In this document: positions 52,801 to 62,104 of the stretch, piece by piece
How the letters are laid out: each line of letters starts with the position of its first letter
Position numbering within the stretch: position 1 is the first letter of the stretch
Assembly (NCBI GenBank): GCA_051362555.1
Contig: CM120643.1
Coordinates: 29,578,848 to 29,642,847 of the forward strand
DNA length: 64,000 bases
From: Lingula anatina
Lineage: Eukaryota > Animalia > Brachiopoda
Direction of reading: 5' to 3'
Notes under the pieces: generated by a model
Databases searched by the model: none
Told to the model about the DNA's origin: nothing
Seen by the model: only the letters and a program-made list of their open reading frames with translations
Translations under genes and position numbers: made by a program

Positions 52801-55239
52801 GGGCACTGCTCCTATGATGACCATTTAAGGGAAATCATGTCACTTACTGTTCTCAAACTTACAGGAAAGAAACATGGGTCTAACATACAGCTTCAATAGG
52901 CAATGCAGTCTGTTTGGTAAATTTTTCTGGCAATTTAACAGTTTTTTGTGAAAATTTAATTTTTCACTTATTTGCATCTTTATTTTGTTTTTTTTGTCTG
53001 TACATTTGACAGCTTTGCTGCCTTGTTTACAATCAGATGCACTTAATTTTAATGTAATTATTAAATTATTTGTATTTTGTATTTATAGTTACAATTCTCT
53101 TTTGACAGAAAATATCTTTTACTTGCAGCAAATGAAAAATAAATGATACCATTAGCCCACTCTATACATTTTAATAGCAATTAAAGCAAACCTTTTACAT
53201 CATGTTACATTCAGATGCTAGAAGAAAAAAATCTTGATCATTTATTTGTTAGGAAAATTAAGAAAGTTACGTCTTGGAAGGAATGTTTCCAACATTTTTT
53301 AAATAATAAATTTCAGATGTTATGATACAGTTGTATAAGACACAGTTATCAGGGTAATACATTTTTAATTTCTAACAGTGACCAGGTGTCCTCCCTTGGC
53401 TCCACCATCGCCACCTTTTGGTGAGTTAGAAAACTTGGTTGGCCAGGCAACATGCAGTCATGCCACCTATGGGACAGTTTGCAAACAGGGCTGTAAACCA
53501 GGATTTGATTTCATTGGCCAGACAGCTCTACGCCGCTGCAGACGCGCCACAGATACCACCACTGTTGGTTATTGGGACGGTGTGGTGGGAAAATGTAAAC
53601 GTAGGTAGAATTAAATATGTTTAGACAATTTTTGAAGAGGTATTTCAAGACCTAATTACAAAGCATGCTGCCATGAACTTTACCTTGAGAGTGTACACTT
53701 CAGTTAAATGATTGCATTATGTAGCAAGTGTCATAAGTTTTAACTGTTTTTCATTTATTTGTTCACATTTAGCTCGGACATGCAAGGTACCTTCCGTACA
53801 AAATGGATTTGTTAGTGGTTGTCCAAGCAACGAATCATTGGTGAACAGCGTGTGCTTGTTTAGCTGCGACCAAGGTTACCGTGGACCTAAGGGAGAGAAA
53901 GAGGTCAAAAGAATGTGTCAGGGAGATAGATCATGGAGTGGGGATCATCTTGTATGTCAAGGTAGTTATTTAGTAGAATACTAAGTTACAAAGATATTAA
54001 CTTGTTATTTTAAGGTCACATGAACAGTTAGATAGCCTTCATTGTATAACAGTGTCATAGAAGAGTGAAGATACATATATATAGATTAGATGCATATTAT
54101 ATAATTGTCAATTTTGGGTGATGTCTGCTGTACAGCTGGATATGATTATGATCTTAAACCCCATTTCAGATGTCAGCTGCCAGGCAACCTTTTCTCTTCA
54201 GCATGGTACAGTCAGTCCTCCATTGTGCCAGCAGGGAGGGGCAGTGCGCTACGGGACCACGTGTGTCTTCACGTGCGATAATGGGTACATACAGCATGGA
54301 TCTTACGCTGCACAGTGCATGGACTCTGGAAGCTGGAGCACAGCCAGGAAGACAGCATGCACAGGTAATGGATTAGGACTTATTTGAAATAAAAAAAAAA
54401 TGGCTGAGATTTTTTTCAATTATTTTCAGATAGAAAAATTGTGATTATGATAATAAAATCAATATTTCATCATTAATGTCTTCAGACAATGAGCCTCCCC
54501 AGTTTACTGCCTCATGTCCACGCTATGTTGATGTCACTGCACCAAGTGGTCAAGTGACGGCTTCCGTGACATGGACGGAGCCCATGGCAACAGACAACTC
54601 CCATAATGTCACTGTGAAAAGGTACTATATATATATATGTTGACTTCTTGTGGCATGGTTTTATTTGGTACAACTGGAATTAGTGGAAGTTAGTTAAATG
54701 TCTTATCCTTTTCCATGCAGTTTGCAGTTGTGATCAAGTGAAAAGTTTTGTTTTGATATAATGATTCACAGCATGATGTCAATTTTTCAGACAGGTAATT
54801 TAGTCATATTTTATAGACAACTGTTATAAAAAATCATGAATTTTATTTGAAAGCTGAAACAAGGCTTTTATTGAAAAGGTTTTGCATACAGCCAAAATAT
54901 CATTTATATTAGTGTTCTGTTTGTCCAAATTACATGTACTTTTTTTATAAAATATGTCTTTAAAACTAAATCTGTGATATATTTTGGCATCATTTAAGTC
55001 ACATTCAATTGGATATCTGGCAAAGCTCACATTTATTTGAAATATCAAACATAAAAATGATAAATAATAAAAGCAATAAAAAGAAATGAAAACTTAAGAA
55101 AATGTCCAATCACCTTCCAGACAAAAGGGTCACAAGTCACCAAGTAGCGTATTTCAAGAAGGAACAACCAGAGTGACCTATATCGCTACTGATGGTGCAG
55201 GACTTTCCTCACAGTGTGATGTGTATATACGGGTTGAAG
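39241..55239 (+). CDS. Gene C: secreted/surface protein with SP, CCP, RRKR, amphipathic helices, glycine zipper, HYR-CCPx2-HYR-CCPx5-HYR-CCPx3-HYR...; 3' end not in window
   Basis: Phase-consistent exons: 39241-39292 (MGRAVIILCICTLNAVF), 39617-39820, 41027-41221, 41736-41813, 42395-42466, 42906-42977, 43327-43500, 44011-44136, 44568-44714, 45157-45345, 45820-46014, 46470-46724, 47182-47385, 47873-48076, 48473-48655, 49092-49292, 50126-50332, 50656-50756, 50932-51100, 53379-53600, 53773-53961, 54170-54364, 54486-54621, 55121-55239. CCP C..C..GY..C...W...C and HYR D..PP...CP...ATDNS motifs throughout; no stop reached. Confidence 0.87.
40184..40354. mobile_element. Short TIR element (MITE) with 5 bp TSD
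   Basis: AAATT|CAGGGGCGTATTTAG ... CTGAATCCGCCCCTG|AAATT; a related GGATCCGCCCCTG end occurs at about 17633-17645. Confidence 0.65.
41605..41689. repeat. (TA)n microsatellite
   Basis: Seen directly. Confidence 0.97.
43725..43800. repeat. (TA)n microsatellite
   Basis: Seen directly. Confidence 0.97.
45609..45890 (+). repeat. 3 x 94 bp tandem repeat of a splice acceptor plus the 5' part of a CCP exon
   Basis: Units start at 45609, 45703 and 45797; each has taatattgtaat.tct.ttacag| followed by RQC.SLTEPPNV.LQCT. Confidence 0.93.
49374..49710. mobile_element. Kolobok-like MITE, copy 2 (inverted relative to copy 1)
   Basis: TTAA|AGGGATAATA ... TATTATCCCT|TTAA; internal blocks match the reverse complement of 20417-20737. 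Confidence 0.75.
51150..53027 (+). mobile_element. Helentron-associated non-autonomous element (HINE/DINE-1/pearl-like), complete copy
   Basis: Sits in a T run; 5' palindrome ATGTACAGACAC-agat-GTGTCTGTACAT; (CGTCGC)-like microsatellite; about 4 x 161 bp central repeats (51247, 51408, 51569, 51730); 2 x about 356 bp repeats; 3' subTIR TGTCTGTACAT, short hairpin CAGC-ttt-GCTG, then CTTGTT. Confidence 0.75.
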
Positions 55240-55427
55240 GTGCAGTTTTTCAAGAAGATTTTAATTACAATACTGAAACTTGTTTGCTTAGCATTTCTAT
55301 TTCCGCCAATGTGAGAGAGATTGAATCTATTAAAAGTTAATTCTGAAAAGGACTAAAACACCAGTTACATATATTTATAACAGTGTACTTGTGAGAGTTA
55401 TAGCCAGATTGAGCAATATTGTAATTT

Positions 55428-56049
55428 TTATGTACAGACACAGATGTGTCTGTACATATAGCCGTCATCTGCGTCTGTCGTCGCCGTCGCCGTCGTTGCC
55501 TTCGTCGCCGTGCACTTTTACCGATAACACGATAAGTGGAAAACTGTTTTTTCTTTTGGCTTGAAACTTACAGAACTGATGAATATTCATAATATGCAGG
55601 TCAAGTTCGAAAATCAGCATGATCGGGTCACTTATAGGGAATTTATGCTGTTTTTTCACTTTTTCAGCATATATGCAGCACCGATAACACGATAAGTGGA
55701 AAACTGTTTTTTCTTTTGGCTTGAAACTTACAGAACTGATGAATATTCATAATACGCAGGTCAAGTTCGAAAATCAGCATGATCGAGTCACTTATAGGGA
55801 ATTTATGCTATTTTTTCTCTTTTTTCAGCATATATACAGCACCGATAACACCATAAATGGAAAACCGTTTTACCTTTTGGCTTAAAACTTACCGAACTGA
55901 TGAATATACATAATACGCAGGTCAAGTTTGAAAATCAGCATGATTGGGTCATTTTTACTGAATTTAGGCTATTTTTTCACTTTTTTCAGCATATATGCAA
56001 CACTGATAACACGATAAGTGAAAAACAGATAGGCCAATTGTCATAATAC
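55428..56049 (+). mobile_element. Second HINE copy, interrupted by the Gypsy insertion
   Basis: Same 5' palindrome and 160-161 bp repeats (55521, 55681, 55842, 56002); homology to copy 1 stops abruptly at ...ataatac|TGTAACG. Confidence 0.78.
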
Positions 56050-56322
56050 TGTAACGTTCCCCCCCCCTCCGTTTTGCATTCCAATACAACATTTTCACTT
56101 TATCTCTTCAGAAATTCACTTTGGAAGGGTTAGCGCTTACGTACCTGCCCTCCACCTTTATTTGATTCCCCCTACTACAATTGTTTCCGTCGATTGAAAG
56201 AAAATTTAATCTAAAGAAGACAAAACTACCGATACAGTGCATCGACGATGCATGGAAGCCGTCATATATGCCACTTCATGCTGACCTACGCCGTACGCGA
56301 AGCTCGTGCTTCACGCGACTGA

Positions 56323-56349
56323 TGACGTCGCCGCGTCAGAGTATAAATA
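56323..56349 (+). promoter_or_regulatory. LTR U3 promoter: CRE-like TGACGTC and TATA box
   Basis: TGACGTC at 56323-56329; TATAAATA at 56342-56349, about 290 bp into the LTR. Confidence 0.6.
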
Positions 56350-56871
56350 GAGAAGCGCGCTGATGGAAGCGTCCTGTCTGGCTGTGTAGAAGGAGAAGAC
56401 GGAGAAGTCAGAGAAGAATCTAAGACAGAAAAGACAAAGAAAAGAAGAACCAGCAGTGAGTGTTAGGGCAGCCCTTAGGGGCTAGCCCGCTTCATTTTTT
56501 TTTATTATTATTTTTTTTATTTATTTAAAGGGGGGAAACCCGATAAGGAATTTAAATGTTCAGTAGATTTAACGGTAGATCGTAACCGCATTTATTCCAT
56601 TGCTAGATTAACGTCGAACTATTATGGAAAATTTATTTCCATGCAGCCCCAGTTGTCATTGCTAACTGTAACAGTTCATACTGAGTCCGATTATGGACAC
56701 AGATCAGTTAAGTTGGTTATTGTTACTGCAGTCGTTTTATTGACAGCAGTAAGTACTTAAGTTCGTTATTTTCACAGCCGTCGATCCCTTGACAGCAGTG
56801 CGTAATTAAGGCTAAGCGTAGGGTAGATTTTCTTTCTTTATTTTATTTTCGCTTATTTTTTCCTTTCTAAC

Positions 56872-58908
56872 AATTCCATGTCGTCATTTATAGACCACAT
56901 CATTTCAGTCATAGCTAAGTCATGTTGTCGTCGAAGACAACGTTAGTAATTCCATGTTGTCATATAATGACCGCGTCAATCCCGTCATAGTTAAGTTAGG
57001 TCGTCTTTTAAAGACAACTTCATGTTGTCGTCGGAGACAACGTTAGTAATTCCATGTTGTCATATAATGACCGCGTCATTTAAGTCATAGTTAAGTTAGG
57101 TTGTCTTTTAAAGACAACTTCATGTTGTCGTCGGAGACAACGTTAGTAATTCCATGTTGTCATATAATGACTGCGTCATTCCCGTCATAATTAAGTTAGG
57201 TTATCTTTTAGAGACCACGCCATGTTGTCGTCGGGGACAACGTTAGTCATTCCGTGTTGTCATATAATGACCGCGTCATTCACGTCATAGTTAAATTAGA
57301 TTGTCTTCTAGAGATAATTTCATGTTGTCGTCGGAGACAACGTTAGTCATTCCATGTTGTCATCTAATGACCGCGTCATTCCCGACATAGTTAAGTTAGG
57401 TTGTCTTCTAGAGACAATGTCATGTTGTCGTCCGAGACAACGTCAGTCATTCCATGTTGTCATTTAATGACCGCGCCATTCGGGTCATAGTTAAGTTAGG
57501 TCATCTTTTAGAGACAACGTCATGTTGTCAGTCATTCCATGTTATCATTTAATGACCGCGTCATTCCCGACATAGTTAAGTTAGGTTGTCTTCTAGAGAC
57601 AACGTCATGTTGTCGTCCGAGACAACGTCAGTCATTCCATGTTGTCATTTAATGACCGCGTCATTCAAGTCATAGTTAAGTTAGGTCGTCTTTTAGAGAC
57701 AACGTGATGTTGTCGTCCGAGACAACGTCAGTCATTCCATGTTGTCATTTAATGACCGCGTCATTCAAGTCATAGTTAAGTTAGGTCGTCTTTTAGAGAC
57801 AACGTCATGTTGTCGTCTGAGACAACGTCAGTCATTCCATGTTGTCATCTTATGACCGCGTCATTTAAGTCATAGTTAAGTTAGGTTGTCTTTTAAGGAC
57901 AACGTCATGTTGTCGTCAGAGACAACGTCAGTCATTCCATGTTGTCATCTAATGACCGCGTCATTTAAGTCATAGTTAAGTTAGGTTGTCTTTTAAGGAC
58001 AACGTCATGTTGTCGTCAGAGACAACGTCAGTCATTCCATGTTGTCATCTAATGACCGCGTCATTTAAGTCATAGTTAAGTTAGGTTGTCTTTTAAGGAC
58101 AACGTCATGTTGTCGTCAGAGACAACGTCAGTCATTCCATGTTGTCATCTAATGACCGCGTCATTTAAGTCATAGTTAAGTTAGGTTGTCTTTTAAGGAC
58201 AACGTCATGTTGTCGTCAGAGACAACGTCAGTCATTCCATGTTGTCATCTAATGACCGCGTCATTTACGTCATAGTTAAGTTAGGTTGTCTTTTAAGGAC
58301 ACATCATATTTTCGTCAGAGACAACGTCAGTCATTCCATGTTGTCATCTAATGACCGCGTCATTTACGTCATAGTTAAGTTAGGTTGTCTTTTAAGGACA
58401 ACGTCATGTTGTCTTCAGAGACAACGTCAGTCATTCCATGTTGTCATCTAATGACCGCGTCATTTAAGTCATAGTTAAGTCATGTTAACTCTTAGTGACA
58501 ACGTCATGTTGTCTTCAGAGACAACGTCAGTCATTCCATGTTGTCATCTAATGACCGCGTCATTTAAGTCATAGTTAAGTCATGTTAACTCTTAGTGACA
58601 ACGTCATGTTGTCTGCAGAGACAACGTCAGTCATTCCATGTTGTCATCTAATGACCGCGTCATTTAAGTCCTAGTTAAGTCATGTGAACTCTTAGTGACA
58701 ACGTCATGTTGTCTTCAGAGACAACGTCAGTCATTCCATGTTGTCATCTAATGACCGCGTCATTTAAGTCATAGTTAAGTCATGTTAACGCTTAGTGACA
58801 ACGTCATGTTGTCTTCAGAGACAACGTCAGTCATTCCATGTTGTCATCTAATGACCACGTCATTCCAGTCATGGTTAAGGCATGTTGTTTGTTTTAGATA
58901 TAACGTCG
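56872..58908. repeat. Tandem array of about 20 x 99-100 bp self-complementary units inside the LTR
   Basis: Unit GACAACGTCATGTTGTCGTCAGAGACAACGTCAGTCATTCCATGTTGTCATCTAATGACCGCGTCATTTAAGTCATAGTTAAGTTAGGTTGTCTTTTAAG; period is exactly 100 at 57900/58000/58100/58200. Confidence 0.96.
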
Positions 58909-60266
58909 TAGGGTTAGCTTCAGCGCTTGCGATGAAGCTTAGTTTAACTAAAGCGTAACCTAACGCTAGGTCCTTGTTTTGTGTTATCTACTAATGGAAT
59001 CAGTGTCCAGTGTTACCCTAGTATATGGGGGGAGGATTTTACTGTACGCATGATAAGTTGTTACGATAGTATATGGGGGGAGAGATTTAACCACATTTAT
59101 CTAAAGTGATAAGACTGTGTACAGGAGGGCGGTTTTTAAGGAAATAATGTTATGCACGCCGGCGAGCTATGTTGGCTATGGATGGACAAGGTCGGCATAG
59201 TGAGTCTTTCAGAGGGAGTTAGGGACCTCTTTAAATTTCTCTAGCTAGTGTAGGCAATGCTAAGATATAAAACCATTGTAAGAAGTAAATTTCATAGTTG
59301 AATAATCAGTGTTTAGCACAGTGCATAGTGGGAGAGCTACTCTCCGGTTAAGGTTACTAATCAACGTGATTTGAGTTTCTTTGAGTTAACAGTTGGCTGG
59401 GCGGAACCTCTTCAGTGTCTTCCGGGCCATGGGCTTATGCAGCATAACGGTCTGGGACCCCTTGGTAGAGCTGTGCCAAGGATGTTGCAATTATTGTGTA
59501 TGACGACCCCGGGTGAAAAGCCGGCCGGGTCCGGGGCGCCATAGTAGAGCGGACGTCCACTTGGGTCTGATGCCGAGTTCCAGCCCAAGAGTGTTCCTCC
59601 CGTGTGAAGGGAGTCGACTTACCCCGTGTGAAGGGGCAGATTTTGCTTTTGTTTCTTTAGTTCAGTGTGTCCATCCGGAGGAGTCGAGTGGATGCCAGCC
59701 GACTGTGACCTTAGAAACGGAGACGTGGTGAAGATTGTCCAACCCCTGCCACGGGACGTAAGGCCGTAGCGGGCCGATCCCTTACGGTGCTTCCCTGCGA
59801 ACCCCCGTCCCCGCCCATGCGAGTTCGGAGATTTCACACGGAACAGACGGTGCTCAGGGAGTGGAAAATGTGGGCTTGTGATATGCGAAGATTAACCTTG
59901 CTCTTTCGGTGCCAACGATCACTGGTCCCGAGTCAAAGGGTTTCAGCGCCGCCAAGATCTCCACTGATTGGTTTGAAGGCCGCGGCGATCCCCCGCGCCC
60001 TCGTCACTGGTGACCGGAAAGATTGTCAGTATTGAGTTGGTATCACTTGACCCGCACCCTTGCGCATTTCTGGTAGAGAGTATCGCCGCATCCACATCAG
60101 AGCTGGTGAAGCTGGAATCGGGCTGTCGGGAGAGGGTGCACACCGAGAGCTGACTTGGATTCCCCTAGCGACTGCGGCCGTGCGATGCGGTATGAACTCC
60201 CTACCATGAGGACATCATCTTGAAAAGAGAATTACAGAACGGACAGCACCACGGAGATGAGTGACA

Positions 60267-60485
60267 CTACGCGAGCCACGACGCTACCATAAGAAGACTA
60301 CGTACGGTAATTCATATGAGAAGATACGCTATCTACGGGAACCGCTGCGCTACCCATAAGAAGAGTACGCGAGCCACGACGCTACCATAAGATGACTACG
60401 TACGATAATCCATATGAGAAGAAACGCGATCTACGGGAACCGCTGCGCTACCCATAAGAAGACTACGCAAGCCACGACGCTACCA
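60267..60485. repeat. About 2.2 x 98 bp direct repeat in the distal LTR
   Basis: gcgagccacgacgctacca recurs at 60271, 60369 and 60467 (third copy has one mismatch). Confidence 0.88.
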
Positions 60486-60808
60486 GAAATGTCTTCGTTG
60501 TCTTCGTTTTACTACCCAGATGCTGTCGTCGCGCGCAACATTTGAAATTTATGAACTTTAATGACCATAAGTCACGTCAAAGGATACTTGGAAATGCATG
60601 AACTATTGTGGCCATAAGTCACGTTTATATTGCATGAATTTTTGTATTCAATGTTTGGAGATTTAATAATCATATTGGAAATGTAATGCATGTCTTTTTA
60701 TTTCCGAAGGTTGGGGATAGACTTTCCCCAAGGTACAGGCAACATCAATCCCACACCGCGTCGGTGTGTCGTCGCCGATTCGAGGCGGACGGCCGCGTCG
60801 CGTTACAT

Positions 60809-60826
60809 TGGTGGCAGCGGTGGGAT
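60809..60826 (+). other. Primer binding site complementary to the 3' end of tRNA-Leu
   Basis: TGGTGGCAGCGGTGGGAT is the reverse complement of ATCCCACCGCTGCCACCA, the 3' 18 nt of animal tRNA-Leu(AAG/UAG) including CCA, as I recall that sequence. Confidence 0.88.
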
Positions 60827-60913
60827 TGTATCAATTACCTTCGGAATTAAGGCATGTAAGCTTACGTATACAAAATTACTGAATCAATTCCTTTAATCTC
60901 AGAATTCCAAACA

Positions 60914-62104
60914 ATGGCAATGAATACCAGAAGTCGCACCGCTGAGGCTGAGGAGAAGACCAGCGAAACCATTTTGCGGTTGGGAGAAGATAGACCAGAG
61001 ACGACTGTTGGTGCCAGTGACATCACCCTTGAGGACGCTGGGGAACCCCTCATCCGCCCGAGACCTGTTAGCGAGCTGCCGGGAGCTAGGGACTCTGAAA
61101 TCATCCAGTTTGAGAGGGCTACTCAAAGGGGAGGAGCGCCAGTGAGTTCCAGTTCGACTACTATCCGTCCTGAAGAAGTAGTGACAGGGAGCGTCCCGCG
61201 ACCATTGCCTTCTCCAGTTTTGCTGCAACCCGGGTTAGGATTGACCCCTGACAAGCGTCCGAGTTACGTCCCCGACAGATATGATGGAAACCTACCATGG
61301 TCCGACTACCTTTGTCATTTCGAGAGTTGTGCGAAGATCAATGGATGGGACAATGAAGAGAAAGCGTGCTACCTAGCAGCGAGCCTCAGGGGGGCCGCTC
61401 AGGCAACGTTAAGCGATGCGCAAGGGGAAGGGAAAAATATTCCTTACCACCAGCTGGTGAATCTTCTTTCTCAACGCTTCGGGCCTGGTCAAGGGGCCGA
61501 ACTTTATGTGGCTGAACTGCGGAGTCGCAAGAGGAAGAATAATGAGACTTTAAGGGAACTAGGGCAGTCAATCAGACGGCTCACAGCCCTGGCTTACCCT
61601 GAATTAAATCGGGAATCGCAAGACAGATTGGCCAGAATCCATTTTCAGGATGCGGTGGACGATAAAGAATTGAAGATGAGGATCTTCCAGGCACAGTGCG
61701 GTACCTTAGAAGAGGCAGTCAGAGTAGCGGCAGGGATGGAATCCTTCCTGGAAGCAGAAAAATTGAAGGACGGCGGGAGACGGCACCTGAGAGCTACACA
61801 AGTGGTGAAAGAAGAGGAGGAGAGCCAATTGGAGGAACTGAAGAAAGAAGTCCAGGCGCTAAGAAGACAGCTGAGTAGCTATGACCGCCCAACCAAGTCT
61901 ATGGGTCATGGACAATGGAGGGACAGAGATGTGCCGCCACGCCGTCCCGGCTCTCAGAAGCAAGCGGCCAGACCTGTCAGTGAAATCACATGTTATAACT
62001 GTCAACAGATAGGCCACTACGCCAGGGACTGCCCAGAAAACAGACAAATGGGAAAAGAGCAGTGGTCTTCCCAGGGGACCGGGGCCAGACCCAGGACACA
62101 ATAG
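60914..62104 (+). CDS. gag: Gag (capsid-like domain plus CCHC zinc knuckle)
   Basis: 396 aa ORF; PDRYDGNLPWSDYLCHFESCAKINGW..KACYLAASLRGAA; CYNCQQIGHYARDC. Confidence 0.93.
   Translation: MAMNTRSRTAEAEEKTSETILRLGEDRPETTVGASDITLEDAGEPLIRPRPVSELPGARDSEIIQFERATQRGGAPVSSSSTTIRPEEVVTGSVPRPLPSPVLLQPGLGLTPDKRPSYVPDRYDGNLPWSDYLCHFESCAKINGWDNEEKACYLAASLRGAAQATLSDAQGEGKNIPYHQLVNLLSQRFGPGQGAELYVAELRSRKRKNNETLRELGQSIRRLTALAYPELNRESQDRLARIHFQDAVDDKELKMRIFQAQCGTLEEAVRVAAGMESFLEAEKLKDGGRRHLRATQVVKEEEESQLEELKKEVQALRRQLSSYDRPTKSMGHGQWRDRDVPPRRPGSQKQAARPVSEITCYNCQQIGHYARDCPENRQMGKEQWSSQGTGARPRTQ

Larger units (their letters stand above)
56050..60807 (+). repeat. Apparent 5' LTR, 4758 bp
   Basis: 7 bp terminal inverted repeat TGTAACG (56050) / CGTTACA (60801-60807); the left end coincides with the break in the HINE and the right end is followed 1 nt later by the PBS. 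The 3' LTR is not in the window. Confidence 0.72.

Noticed and set aside
17092-55239. Calling gene B LRP4/5/6 or SVEP1, calling gene C SVEP1, or merging B and C into one gene
   Set aside because: B lacks LDLa repeats, and neither gene shows vWA or pentraxin domains. B ends with TM, stop and AATAAA, and C has its own signal-peptide exon.
56872-58908. CRISPR-like array of palindromic repeats
   Set aside because: The sequences between palindromes are repeated rather than unique spacers, there are no cas genes, and the context is a eukaryotic retrotransposon.
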